Of a stretch of DNA of 55,232 bases, positions 38,908 to 50,400 are shown piece by piece (position 1 is the stretch's first letter; each line of letters begins with the position of its first letter). This DNA is from an uncultured Alphaproteobacteria bacterium (GTDB lineage Bacteria > Pseudomonadota > Alphaproteobacteria > Methylaequorales > Methylaequoraceae), in NCBI GenBank assembly GCA_902625895.1, contig CACODD010000004.1, positions 1 to 55,232 on the forward strand. Direction: 5' to 3'. Made by a program: the position numbers and the translations under genes. The notes beneath the pieces were generated by a model. It saw only the letters and a program-made list of their open reading frames with translations, was not told the DNA's origin and did not search any database.

Positions 38908-40518
38908 ATGAAAAATATATTAAGAAATTTTCAATTATCTCTTTTTTTCAAAAACACTCTCTTCAATCAAATCTTTAATGAAGGTATTGATGGAAAAATA
39001 CAATATAATCCTGAAAGTCTCTGGAAAGGAAATAAATTTGAAGGATCACGAATAATTGAAGGTTTTCTTTACTTTCAAAAAGAAAGTGTATTTTTAAATA
39101 GCAATGTTTGGAATAAAAATCATGGAAGTATTGCATGGAATAGTTATCTTCACAGTTTTATGTGGATTAAAGATGTAAGAGCGGTGGGTACTGATGAAGC
39201 GAGAATTTTCGTAAGACAGAAGATTCTATCATGGATTGATCAATCTGATTATTTGAGCCAGCATATTTGGGATGTAGAAGTCATGTCAAAAAGAATTTTT
39301 TATCTACTTACCAACCTATCTTTTTTCTTTGAAACAGCAAATGAGAGTTTTCAAAAAAAGTTTGCAGAAAATATTAACAAGCAAAGTATCTTATTATTAA
39401 AAAAAATAAAAAAAGTTAAAAATCTAAAAAACAAAATTTTTATTTCAAAATCTTTACTTCTTGCTTCTTTATGCTTTAAAAACTTAGAAAAAAATTTTGA
39501 TTACTCAGTTAAACTTTTACAAAAAACAATTGAAATTACAATTAAAGATGGGATGCATTACTTAAGATCTCCGAGTGAACATTTTTATTTTCTTTGTTCA
39601 ATATTAGATATAAAAAATTTTTTCGGAAACCTTAATAAAGAATTACCGATTGGCTTAAATGAAACAATAAAAGAAATGACAATAATTCTTGATTTCTTCA
39701 GAATAGGAGACGGTCATTTAGCGATCTTTAACAAATATGACTTTATTGGTTCAAATAAAATTTACAATCTTCAAAGAAAAATTGGTCACAAATATAGACT
39801 TCCTAATGTCTCAGAGTGCTCTGGTTTTCATAGAGTATCAAAAAATAAATTAATATTCATAATGGATTGTGGGAGTCCCTCGAAGGAAAAAACCCAAGCT
39901 GGTTCTCTCTCATTTGAATTGTCATATTTATCAGAAAAAATTGTTGTCAATTGTGGCTCACCTTTTGTTAACAATAGAGAGTGGGATGATGCTATGAGAT
40001 CAACAGCAGCCCACAGCACTGTTAATATAAATGAAATAAATTCATCTGATATTTTCTTTGATAAAGATACAACTTCAAGAATTGCAAAAGTTTTCTCTGA
40101 AAAATTCACTGAAAATGAAAATGTATGGATAAATTCTTATCATGAGGGTTACAAAGATATTTTTAGTATTATTCACAGAAGATTGATTCATATCGATCTT
40201 AAACATTTTGTTATTAGAGGTGAAGATTCATTTGAACATATTAAAACAAATCAAGAATATAAAAATCTTCAATATTTTTTAAGATTTCATATTCATCCTG
40301 GCATTAAACTGAATGTAACCACTAGTAAAAAAAAAGTAGTTTTAAAATTACGAAATAATCAGGGGTGGGAATTTATATGTTCAGAACCAAAGATTGAAAT
40401 TCATGATGGCATTTATTTAGGAGAGAATAAAATAGTACAACCTAACTACCATATCTTGATAAAAGACCACATTTTTCCAAAAACTAAAATTAATTGGTTG
40501 TTCAGGCTTATATCGTAA
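38908..40518 (+). CDS. Heparinase II/III family protein
   Basis: LHSFMW, DGHLAIFN, AGSLSFE, IVVNCG, RSTAAHST and RFHIHP; usual alphaproteobacterial neighbour of rsmB and purH. Confidence 0.85.
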   Translation: MKNILRNFQLSLFFKNTLFNQIFNEGIDGKIQYNPESLWKGNKFEGSRIIEGFLYFQKESVFLNSNVWNKNHGSIAWNSYLHSFMWIKDVRAVGTDEARIFVRQKILSWIDQSDYLSQHIWDVEVMSKRIFYLLTNLSFFFETANESFQKKFAENINKQSILLLKKIKKVKNLKNKIFISKSLLLASLCFKNLEKNFDYSVKLLQKTIEITIKDGMHYLRSPSEHFYFLCSILDIKNFFGNLNKELPIGLNETIKEMTIILDFFRIGDGHLAIFNKYDFIGSNKIYNLQRKIGHKYRLPNVSECSGFHRVSKNKLIFIMDCGSPSKEKTQAGSLSFELSYLSEKIVVNCGSPFVNNREWDDAMRSTAAHSTVNINEINSSDIFFDKDTTSRIAKVFSEKFTENENVWINSYHEGYKDIFSIIHRRLIHIDLKHFVIRGEDSFEHIKTNQEYKNLQYFLRFHIHPGIKLNVTTSKKKVVLKLRNNQGWEFICSEPKIEIHDGIYLGENKIVQPNYHILIKDHIFPKTKINWLFRLIS

Positions 40519-40522
40519 TACT

Positions 40523-41782
40523 CTAGAGTGACCAGTAATTTAAGTTTTTATCTCTTTTAGAGCCGACCTTACCTTTAATATCAAAAAACATACCGTCTGA
40601 TTTTAGAAAATTTTTAATAAAATCCATCCTCTGAAGATAGAATTTATGAGGCACTGCCAAAATAAAAGCATCAAAACTATTATTTTTAATTTTTTTTAAG
40701 TTTACCAACTTCAAATTATCAGATTTCACATATGGATCATGAAGTTTTACAGTATGTTGTTTATTTTTTAAAAATGAAATAATTTCAAAAGATTTAGAGT
40801 TTCTTAAGTCTGGTACGTCCTCTTTAAAAGTCAAACCTAAGAATAATACTTTTGATTTTCTTTTCAATTTTTCATCTATCCTTTTTGCAATAAAAGTTGG
40901 CATTTCATTATTTGTTTTTCTTCCTGATAAAATAACTTTGGGATTTATTTTTAACTTTGACGATTTGTGCGCTAAATAATAAGGATCCACACCTATACAA
41001 TGACCACCAACAAGACCTGGTTGAAATTTTAAGAAATTCCATTTTGTGGAAGATGCATTCAAAACATCATAAACGCTAATATTTAATTTGTTACATATTT
41101 TTGCTACCTCATTAATAAAAGCAATGTTTATATCTCTCTGAGAATTTTCAATTACTTTAGAAGCTTCAGCTACTTTAATATTCTTTGCTAAAAAAACCTT
41201 ACCTTTAGTGAGTTTTGAATAAATCTCTAAAAGTACTTTTTCTACCATTTTATTTTGACCTGATACTACTTTGTCAATTTTATCTATAGTATGAACTTTG
41301 TCGCCAGGATTTACTCTTTCAGGCGAATATCCAAGAAAAAAGTCTTTTCCCGACTTTAAATTTTTATTGTTTTTTTCAAGTATTGGAGCACAAATTTCTT
41401 CAGTTGCACCTGGATAAACAGTGCTTTCAAATACAACGATATCATTCTTTTTTAATAATTTTGATATAGTTTTGCAAACATCTCTTAGTGGCCTAAAGTC
41501 AGGTTTACAATTTTCAGTTATGGGTGTTGGTACTGTTGCGATGAAAATATTACAGTTTTTAAGATCTGTAAAATTATTTGTAACAATCAACTTTTTCTTT
41601 AAACAACTTTTAAGTTTAGTTTCTTTCACTTCCAATGTTTTATCAATTCCCTTGAGAAGTTGACTAACCCTATCCAAACTGATATCAAAACCTATGGTCT
41701 TATAAGATGAACATAACCCAACAGCTAGTGGTAATCCAACGTATCCTAAACCAAGTACTGCAATTTTCTTTTCTTTTATCAC
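40523..41782 (-). CDS. UDP-N-acetylhexosamine 6-dehydrogenase (TviB/WbpO family)
   Basis: GLGYVGLP, ESTVYPG, YSPERVNPGD and GLVGGHCIGVDPYYL motifs. Confidence 0.93.
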   Translation of the reverse strand: MIKEKKIAVLGLGYVGLPLAVGLCSSYKTIGFDISLDRVSQLLKGIDKTLEVKETKLKSCLKKKLIVTNNFTDLKNCNIFIATVPTPITENCKPDFRPLRDVCKTISKLLKKNDIVVFESTVYPGATEEICAPILEKNNKNLKSGKDFFLGYSPERVNPGDKVHTIDKIDKVVSGQNKMVEKVLLEIYSKLTKGKVFLAKNIKVAEASKVIENSQRDINIAFINEVAKICNKLNISVYDVLNASSTKWNFLKFQPGLVGGHCIGVDPYYLAHKSSKLKINPKVILSGRKTNNEMPTFIAKRIDEKLKRKSKVLFLGLTFKEDVPDLRNSKSFEIISFLKNKQHTVKLHDPYVKSDNLKLVNLKKIKNNSFDAFILAVPHKFYLQRMDFIKNFLKSDGMFFDIKGKVGSKRDKNLNYWSL

Positions 41783-41790
41783 TAATGAAT

Positions 41791-41798
41791 ATTATAAT
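41791..41798. promoter_or_regulatory. Symmetric -10 element, candidate bidirectional promoter
   Basis: ATTATAAT gives TATAAT on both strands within a 31-bp gap between divergent genes. Confidence 0.5.
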
Positions 41799-41813
41799 AG
41801 ATTGTAGTTAATT

Positions 41814-42836
41814 ATGAGTTTTATAATAATTTTAGCTTTATATCCACTAACTTCTGCATTATTAAGCTGGGCATTAAAATTTCTTAAAAATCCAACGTTT
41901 TTAGATGTTCCAATTGAAAGAAGTAATCATCAGACACCAAAGCCTCGAGGAGCTGGCATTATATTGATACCACTTATAATATTTTCAACATCTGTAATTT
42001 TTCTATTAGAAGATACGTTTAATAACAATTGGAAAATTATTTTTGGATTCTGTTTACTGCTCTCGATTATTTCTTTGTTGGATGACATGAAAAATATTAG
42101 TGCAAAAATCAGATTAACATTTCAGATATTTTGTGTATTTTCTTCGTTGTATCTTTTTAAGGATCAATTGAATATTTTAATAAGATCATCTGAGTTTTTG
42201 ATAATTTTTAACGGAATAGAATCTCTAGGACTAGGTCTAGTTTTTTGTTTTCTGGTTATGCTATGGGTATGGATAATCAATATGTTTAATTTTATGGATG
42301 GTATGGATGGAATAACTTCCGTTCAGATAAGTTCTTTATCTATTTTAACTAACTTTCTTGCTATTTTAGGGCTTACTGAAGAAAATTTCATTTATTTTAG
42401 TCTAATTCTTCTTACACTATCATTTGCATTTTACTCAGTAAACAAACCACCTTCTAAAATTTTTTTAGGGGATGTTGGATCAATCCCACTCGGTTTTATA
42501 GCAGGATTTATTCTTATATATAATATGATAATGTACAATTTGATTTTACCATTTCTAGTCATTATGCTTTATTATTTACTAGATTCTATTGCGACAATAA
42601 TTTTAAGATTTTTAAAAAAAGAAAATGTATTTGAGGCCCACAGCAGTCACTTTTATCAAAAAATATTGAGGAAAGGTTACAGTCACGATTATGTTCTAAA
42701 GAAGATAATTTATTTACATTCAATTCTATTAATACTGGCCATCCTTTCTTATTATTATCCTATACCCTCATTAATCCTTGCCTTTTTTTGTACTTCTTCA
42801 TTATTAATTTTCTTTAATTCAAGGAAATTTAAATGA
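41814..42836 (+). CDS. Polyprenyl-phosphate HexNAc-1-P transferase (WecA/WbpL-like, MraY superfamily)
   Basis: RSNHQTPKPRGAG, LLDD, NMFNFMDGMDG, IFLGDVGS and AHSSHFYQ motifs. Confidence 0.92.
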   Translation: MSFIIILALYPLTSALLSWALKFLKNPTFLDVPIERSNHQTPKPRGAGIILIPLIIFSTSVIFLLEDTFNNNWKIIFGFCLLLSIISLLDDMKNISAKIRLTFQIFCVFSSLYLFKDQLNILIRSSEFLIIFNGIESLGLGLVFCFLVMLWVWIINMFNFMDGMDGITSVQISSLSILTNFLAILGLTEENFIYFSLILLTLSFAFYSVNKPPSKIFLGDVGSIPLGFIAGFILIYNMIMYNLILPFLVIMLYYLLDSIATIILRFLKKENVFEAHSSHFYQKILRKGYSHDYVLKKIIYLHSILLILAILSYYYPIPSLILAFFCTSSLLIFFNSRKFK

Positions 42837-44647
42837 ATATTAGAATTTTAATTACAATTTTGCATGATCTTATATTTTTTGGAGTCTCATTTTTCATGTC
42901 TTTGTGGATTAGATTGGATCTCAACAGTGCTTTAATTCTTTGCAAAGAATTATGGTGGTTTCTAATTTTTTTTTCGTTCACTAATATTTTCCTACTTAAG
43001 TATATGGGTCTTTATCATGGGATTTGGAGGTATGCGTCCATCCACGAAATAAAATCTATTATTAAAAGTGTTTCTGTTTCAATCTTGCTATTACTTGGTA
43101 TTTTTTTTCTTGTCTTTAGATTGGAAGATATACCTCGGTCCTTTCCAATTCTATTATTCATTATCTCAATTTTTAGCGTTACTAGTCCAAGAGTTTTCTA
43201 TAGGATTATGAAAGATTATTTGAAAAAAAATAATCTTGAAAAAGTTCCAATTTTAGTTGTGGGAGACAGTCCTACAACAGAAAATTTTATAAGGTTTTCT
43301 AAGCAAGACGATAATTCTCTTTATGAAGTTGTTGGGATCATTAGTTTTAAAGAGTCCTCAATTGGTAGAAGAATCCACAATATACCCATTCTTGGCTCCT
43401 CTAACAAACTAGAGTCTATAAATGAAAGTCTAAAAAAAATAAAAAAGTCACCACAAAGAATTATCATTTCAGATTCCAAAGTTAAACCTGAAACTCTTGA
43501 ATCGCTATACATTTTTTCAAAACGAAATGGATTAGCCATTGGGATGCTTCCAAGCATTTCAGAAATTTCGATTAAGGATCAAGGTCAATTCATACCCAAA
43601 CCAATTGTCATCGAAGATATTTTAGGAAGAAAGCAAAAAGTGAATGATCCAAGGCTTTTGGAGGATATTGAAGGAAAAATAATTTTAGTTACAGGTGCAG
43701 GCGGAAGTATTGGAAGTGAATTATGCAGACAAATTCATAGATTAAGACCAAAGTTATTAATTTTACTCGAGCAAAATGAATATAACCTTTTCAAAATTTC
43801 ATCACAACTCAAAGGAAATATTTTGCCAAGTCTTACGGATATAAAAGATTTTAGTAAAATGGAGGAGATACTTAGAAAATTCAAACCTGACTATATTTTC
43901 CACACAGCCGCATTAAAGCACATTACATTTGTTGAAACGGATCCCTTAGAAGCTCTTCACACAAATTTTTTAGCAACCGTAAAACTTTGTCAGCTTTGCA
44001 AATTTTTAAAAATAAAAAAAATGGTTTTTATTTCCACCGATAAAGCTGTAAATCCCTCAAATATAATGGGTGCATCTAAGAGACTTTGTGAAAAATATAT
44101 TCAAAAAATTGCTTCTAAAGAGAAGGTAACACTTTTTACAATCGTTCGATTTGGCAATGTTCTAGGTTCAACAGGTTCCGTTGTTCCAGTTTTTGAAAAA
44201 CAAATAAGTGAAGGCGGTCCAGTAAAAATTACACATCCAAAAATTAGAAGATTTTTCATGACTATTAGAGAGGCTGTTGAACTAGTATTAATTTCTTCGC
44301 AACTTCAGATATCAGACAATGGAGAAATCTTTATACTAGAGATGGGTGACCCAATTTATATCAAAGACCTTGCAAAAAAAATGATAATACTATCAGGAGC
44401 AGATGAAAAAAATATTAAAATTAAATTTACTGGATTAAGGAAAGGTGAAAAAATAAATGAAGAACTTTTTTTTAAAAGTGAACAAATTAATAAGACTAAC
44501 ATCAAAGGCATTTTATCAACAACAAGTAAACTCTTTTCTCCGAAAAATTCCGATTTCGAAAAATTAGTTAAGCTTATAACAAACAGAAGGAATAAAAACT
44601 ATTTAGAAATTTTTGAAAAAATGCTTCCTGAATATAAAAAAAAATGA
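42833..44647 (+). CDS. Membrane-bound UDP-GlcNAc 4,6-dehydratase (CapD/WbpM/PglF family)
   Basis: Four N-terminal TMs; VTGAGGSIGSEL, STDKAVNP, MGASK and VRFGNVLGS. Confidence 0.93.
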   Translation: MNIRILITILHDLIFFGVSFFMSLWIRLDLNSALILCKELWWFLIFFSFTNIFLLKYMGLYHGIWRYASIHEIKSIIKSVSVSILLLLGIFFLVFRLEDIPRSFPILLFIISIFSVTSPRVFYRIMKDYLKKNNLEKVPILVVGDSPTTENFIRFSKQDDNSLYEVVGIISFKESSIGRRIHNIPILGSSNKLESINESLKKIKKSPQRIIISDSKVKPETLESLYIFSKRNGLAIGMLPSISEISIKDQGQFIPKPIVIEDILGRKQKVNDPRLLEDIEGKIILVTGAGGSIGSELCRQIHRLRPKLLILLEQNEYNLFKISSQLKGNILPSLTDIKDFSKMEEILRKFKPDYIFHTAALKHITFVETDPLEALHTNFLATVKLCQLCKFLKIKKMVFISTDKAVNPSNIMGASKRLCEKYIQKIASKEKVTLFTIVRFGNVLGSTGSVVPVFEKQISEGGPVKITHPKIRRFFMTIREAVELVLISSQLQISDNGEIFILEMGDPIYIKDLAKKMIILSGADEKNIKIKFTGLRKGEKINEELFFKSEQINKTNIKGILSTTSKLFSPKNSDFEKLVKLITNRRNKNYLEIFEKMLPEYKKK

Positions 44648-46185
44648 CAAAAATAGAGATTAAAAGAGCAATTGTTTCTGTACATGATAAAAGTTGTTTG
44701 AGTCTTTTAGCAGACTATTTTATAAAGTACAAAATTGAAGTTTTAAGCACTGGTGGTACTGCACGCTTTTTAAAAAATTATAGTGCAAAATTAAAAATTA
44801 TTGAAATTTCAGAATTTACAAATTTTAGCGAAATTTTAGATGGACGAGTAAAGTCTCTCCACCCAAAAATCCACTCAGGAATATTAGCAAAAAAAAAAGA
44901 TAAAAATCATATTAAAGAATTAAAAAAAATAAACACACCTTATATTGATTTAGTTGTAGTGAATTTGTATCCATTTGAAAAAGTGGTGAACGATCAAAAG
45001 TCAGGAAAACAAAAATGTATAGAAAATATTGACATCGGTGGACCTACATTAATCAGAGGCGCAGCAAAAAATTATGACAATGTAACTGTCCTCACTGATC
45101 CAAACCAATATAATTCTTTTTTAGAAATTGTTTATAAAAATCATAACCAGATACCTAAAAGTTTTAGAGAACTCTGTGCAATAGTTGCATTTGAAAAGAC
45201 ATCTTATTACGACGGAGTAATTTCAAATTGGTTTAACAAGGACAACCCGAATTTTTGTAATGAAAAAATTTCATTAATTTTTAATAAGATTTCTCAACTT
45301 AGATACGGTGAAAATCCTCATCAAAAAGCTGCGTTATTTAACTTAAATGAAAATCCCTTGATTAAAGTTTCTGGAAAAGATTTATCTTTTAATAACATTT
45401 ATGATTTAGAAGTTGCAATGGAGTTAGCCCAACAATTCCAAGAATCTTCATGTGTAATCTTAAAACACGGAAATCCCTGTGGAGTGGCTTTAGATAAAAA
45501 ACAACATATAGCGTTTGATAAAGCGCTTAATTGTGACAAAATTAGCGCGTTTGGAGGGATAGTAGCATTTAACAAAAAGCTCGCTTCACAAACTGCCAAA
45601 AAAATTAAAAACTTATTTATTGAGGTTGTGATTGCTCCAGATTTTTCATTGGAGTCCAAAAATATACTTTGTAAAAAAAAGAACCTTATTTTAATTCAAT
45701 ATAATGCAACCAATAGAAAAACTTCCGTTCATTTAAAAACAACTAGAAATTTTTTACTTCTACAAAATAAAGATAATAAAATTATTAGTAAAAAAGATTT
45801 AGCAATTAAAACCAAAATTACGCCTACTGATAAAGATAAAAAAGATATGATTTTTAGTTTTATAATTGCAAAATACCTAAATTCTAATGCTATTGTTTTA
45901 GCTCAAAATCAGGCAACTGTTGGTATTGGTGTAGGCCAAATGAACCGTCTTGAAGCTGCAAAACAAGCTATAAAACAGATGAAATCTAATTTAAAAAAAT
46001 ATAATCCAGTTCTTGCATCAGACGGTTTTTTTCCTTTCTCTGATATTGTTAAATTATGCTCAAAAAATAATATCAAAGGCATAATTCAACCTGGTGGCTC
46101 GAAAAATGACAAAGAGGTAATAGATGTTGCAAATAAAAATAAAATTTCTTTGGTTTTAACAGGGATTAGACACTTTAAACATTAA
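44644..46185 (+). CDS. purH: AICAR transformylase/IMP cyclohydrolase
   Basis: LSTGGT, GRVKSLHP, IDIGGP, LRYGENPHQ, KHGNPCG and ASDGFFPF motifs. Confidence 0.98.
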   Translation: MTKIEIKRAIVSVHDKSCLSLLADYFIKYKIEVLSTGGTARFLKNYSAKLKIIEISEFTNFSEILDGRVKSLHPKIHSGILAKKKDKNHIKELKKINTPYIDLVVVNLYPFEKVVNDQKSGKQKCIENIDIGGPTLIRGAAKNYDNVTVLTDPNQYNSFLEIVYKNHNQIPKSFRELCAIVAFEKTSYYDGVISNWFNKDNPNFCNEKISLIFNKISQLRYGENPHQKAALFNLNENPLIKVSGKDLSFNNIYDLEVAMELAQQFQESSCVILKHGNPCGVALDKKQHIAFDKALNCDKISAFGGIVAFNKKLASQTAKKIKNLFIEVVIAPDFSLESKNILCKKKNLILIQYNATNRKTSVHLKTTRNFLLLQNKDNKIISKKDLAIKTKITPTDKDKKDMIFSFIIAKYLNSNAIVLAQNQATVGIGVGQMNRLEAAKQAIKQMKSNLKKYNPVLASDGFFPFSDIVKLCSKNNIKGIIQPGGSKNDKEVIDVANKNKISLVLTGIRHFKH

Positions 46186-47398
46186 ATCTAAAATATAATT
46201 TTAAAAATGGAATCAGTGATAAAAATAAAAAAATCGGAATTACTATTATTCCAAATCTTATTGAATCGGTATGTTGTATTGTAAGTCCTACTAAAAATGG
46301 GCCCAGTATTGAACACAAATTTCCAAACATTGAATACAAACTAAAAGCTGCCAACTGATTTTGGGCTTTTATCTTTTGCACCAAAAAACTTCTACTTGAA
46401 GCCTGAATTGGTCCAATAAAAAAACCAACCAAGAGGGCAATCACCCAAAAGCTATAATAACTTTCAACGAAACAAAGAATTAGTGTTAAAATTAATAACC
46501 CTGAAATACAAATTTTCACAGCATTAAGTGATCCAATTTTGTCCTCAACATTACCAATAACTAAACAACCAATTATTCCAAAAAAATTAATCGAAACCCC
46601 TAGGAATAAGATTTCAGATTCAGAGAGTCCAAAGATAAATGCTGCAATCATGCTAGCAAATGCAAAAATAGAAACTACCGCATTGTTAAAAAAAAAATAG
46701 CTAATTAAGAAATTAGATACACCTCTAGATCTAATGTTTTTAATCAATTCTAAAATATTTGGTGATTTAAAATGAACCTCTTTCATAACGTTAAATAACG
46801 AAAAACCAAATAACGCCGACCATATTGCAACAAACGGACCAATTAATAAAAATACCTTAATATTAAAAATTTTAAAACTTTCATTAGAGAACTTTAATAA
46901 AATGAATACTAGAAACAACGATGCCAATCCACCTAAATACCCAAATGCCCAACCCAAGTTTGATAATGCTCCTGCAATATTATTTTTTCTAATTTTGGAC
47001 AATGAGAGATTATAAAACAAATTTACTATTTCAAACGAAACAAAACTAATTAAAATAAATATAAGCGGAAGGAATTGATTTGATCCCTTGTCAAAAAAGA
47101 ACAGTCCAAAAGTAAAAAAAATCATTAAATAGAAAAAAAACTTAAAGAAGCCAATTTTAATATTTCGAAAGAAATTTCTCCCGCTTATAAGAATGAAAGA
47201 TAATAATAAAAAACACAGTATGCTTGCTGCAGACAAAGCAAACCCCCAAAGACTTGTTCCCACATTTGGATCAGAAGAAATTGTTTTTGCGTAAAAGGCT
47301 CCATAGAAAAAAGTAAGAATTAAAGTTGGGTAACTCGAAATTCCAAAATCAAATAAACACCATGATCTAATCTTTTTTGAATTAAGTAATGAAAACAT
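46175..47398 (-). CDS. MFS transporter (UMF1/Atg22-like)
   Basis: SWCLFDF, SNLGWAFGYLGG and GPIQASSRS; about 12 TM segments. Confidence 0.85.
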   Translation of the reverse strand: MFSLLNSKKIRSWCLFDFGISSYPTLILTFFYGAFYAKTISSDPNVGTSLWGFALSAASILCFLLLSFILISGRNFFRNIKIGFFKFFFYLMIFFTFGLFFFDKGSNQFLPLIFILISFVSFEIVNLFYNLSLSKIRKNNIAGALSNLGWAFGYLGGLASLFLVFILLKFSNESFKIFNIKVFLLIGPFVAIWSALFGFSLFNVMKEVHFKSPNILELIKNIRSRGVSNFLISYFFFNNAVVSIFAFASMIAAFIFGLSESEILFLGVSINFFGIIGCLVIGNVEDKIGSLNAVKICISGLLILTLILCFVESYYSFWVIALLVGFFIGPIQASSRSFLVQKIKAQNQLAAFSLYSMFGNLCSILGPFLVGLTIQHTDSIRFGIIVIPIFLFLSLIPFLKLYFRFNV

Positions 47399-47422
47399 TC
47401 AAACCCCGTGAACTTTTAAATT

Positions 47423-50400
47423 TTAGTTACACAGTCCATTTCTTAAAACACAAGGAGCAACTGTTATTGATTGATCTGGAGTAGAAATACTGATTTTCTC
47501 TGCTACAGCTGGCACACTTCTGTGTGAGGTTTTTGTAGGCAAAAGAATCAAGTTTTTACCTGAACGTCCTTTATTTAAAATTTCTCTTACTCTTTGAGTA
47601 AAGGTTAATTTATGTTTTAAGGTCAACAAGAAACTTCCACCAGAAAATGTATAGTTTGAAGCTGATCCGGTTCCATCGCTAAAAGATAAAGTGCCCAAAG
47701 AAATATTTTGAGTGCTTCCTGGAATATTACTTTGAATACTACCTTGTCCAATTAAAGTTAACGACTCATTATTAGCTGCTGTGATAAATAATTCTTCAGC
47801 TAGAACGATCAAAGATGGGTTTTCCACAGCAACACGAGAGCCAAAGAGACTAACTGGTCTTTTTGTTACATTCATAGAAGCCCCTGTTATTGTATAATTT
47901 GGATGAGCTGAAGTTAATGATCCAATATTAACAGACTTTGATCCAACCCCAGGAGACCCAATTGTACCTGAACCAGAAATAGTTATTGTGTCGGAACCAA
48001 CAGTATTGGTGAAAGAATCAAATATGTTACCATTTACAATATTTGTCCCATCGTAAAATCTACTACCAGAGGCTGATGTTGTACGTGCTGTTACGTCAAT
48101 TGAATGGTTGCCGCCATCTAAAGTATAATTCGAGGCAGATCCACTTCCGTTTCCTAATGCAAGAGTTCCAATACTTGTAATGTTTTTTCCTACTCCTACA
48201 TTTTTATTTTGCATTTGACCATTTCCACTCAGTGTTAATGTCTGTCCCCCTACAGTATTAGAGATTCCATTAGATTGTAGACCTGAAGCAGGTGCATCTA
48301 AAGTTCCGTCATAAATTTTTTCGATACTTAGATCAACGGGACGTTTTGTAATACTTAAAGAAATTGTTCCCATGGAGTAGTTAGTAGCACTTCCATTTGC
48401 GCTAACAAGATTCAGTGTGTTCTGAGTAACTGATTTATTACTTCCAACGTTAGCATCGACTACACTGCCTTGACCGGATAGTGTGATGATTTCAGAACCC
48501 ACTCCGGTTGTTATAGCTAGGTCAGAACCATTCACAGTTGTTGTATTATCATACACTCTAGAGCCTGTAACATTCAACTGACGCGAGTTTATTGCGAATG
48601 TTCCACTTGATAATGAATAATTCGACGCTAACCCCGTTCCATCCTGCAATTGAAGTGTTCCAAGTACAATTGTTTTTCCAGTCCCAGAAATTGCGGTAGA
48701 GACACTTCCTGAACCTGTGATTCCAAGGGTCTCTCCAGCAGAGGTATTATTAAAAATTGAAATATCTGAACCATTTACAGTTGTTGTTCCATCATAAAAT
48801 CTTGAGCCACTAATTGTTATTGGTCTTTTTGTTACACTCATGGTTTGTGTTCCACCTGACAATGTATAATTAGCAGCTAAACCTCCATTAGTTCCATTAC
48901 TAATTGTAATGCCAGTTACATTTGTTAACGTTTTTAAATCTCCAACGTTAGCATTTCCTAAGTCACCATTTCCTGATAATCCAATTGTTTCCGAACCAAC
49001 CAAATTATTGATTGTTGTTAAGTCAGATGCGGCGGCAGTAGCAGAAGAATCGTAGATTCTTGAACCAGTTAAATCTAATGGACGTTTCGTAATATCTAAA
49101 GTTGCAGAGGTTAAATTATAATTACTTGAAGCTGCAGTTCCACTTGCTAATGCTATGCTTCCAAGCGATATTGACTGCCCAGACGCTACATTTTTAGAAG
49201 CAACACTTCCAGATCCTGTTAGATTTAAATTTTCCCCACTTACCAAATTGCTGAAAGTTGAGGTGAAGTTTGAAGTATTTGCATCTGTTGTTCCATCATA
49301 GTGTCTAGTACCCACAAAATTTACATCTCTCACATTAATATCAAAAGACCCTGATGATAATTCATAGTTGGAAGCTAACCCGGAATTATCTGTTAGTGCT
49401 AGTGAACCCAATGATATAGTCTTATTTGTTCCAACTGCAGCAGAATCAACAGTCCCAGATCCATTTAGATTCAGAGTTTCACCACCGGCTCTATTACTGA
49501 TAGTTGAAATAGATGAGTTTTGCACAGTGGTTGATCCATCATAGGTTTTTGAACCTGAAATTGTAATAGGTCTTTTAGTAACATTAACTGTGTGTGTTCC
49601 TCCAGATAATGTGTAGTTTGATGCTAACCCACCATTTGACCCATTGCCCAACGACAGTCCACTAACATTTGTAAGTGCTATCGAATCTGCAACATTTTTA
49701 TTACCTATAACTCCATTTCCTGAAAGGATAATTGTTTCAGAACCAACCAAATTAGTCATGGTTGATAAATCAGATGCTGCCACCGAAGTTGTTGAGTCAT
49801 ATACTCGTGAACCTGATAAACTTAATGGACGAGCTGTTACAGTAAGTGTACTCGAAGTTAAGTTATAATTACTAGCAGCACCTGAACCATCAAGGAGACT
49901 TAGGTTTGTGACTGTTACGGCTTTTCCTGAACCAACATTCTTATTTGAAACTGTTCCTGTTCCTGTTTGTGATAGAATTTCGGAACCTACTAGATTACTG
50001 TAAGTGAATGTTGTTGAAACACTAGCACCGTCCAAAATATTTGATCCATCATATTCTCTACTTGCGACAAGAGTTATAGGTCTTTGAGTGACATTCATCA
50101 AATGAGTGCCTCCATCAAGAGTATAGTTACTTGCTGACCCTGAGTTATCTGATAAAGAAAGTGTATTTTTAGCTACATTTTTTGAATTACCAACTGCAGC
50201 TGACAACAAAGTTCCAGAACCAGATAAATTTAAAGTTTCAGAACCAACTAAGTTTGATAAAGATAAATCTGAAGCATTTGCAGTTATTGATCCATCGTAA
50301 ATTCTTGTGCCTGAAGAATTCAGTATCCTCGGAGTAATTTCAAATGTTGTGGTGAAATTACTCAAGGTATAGTTCCCTGCACCAGGGCCAGTAAGAGCAA

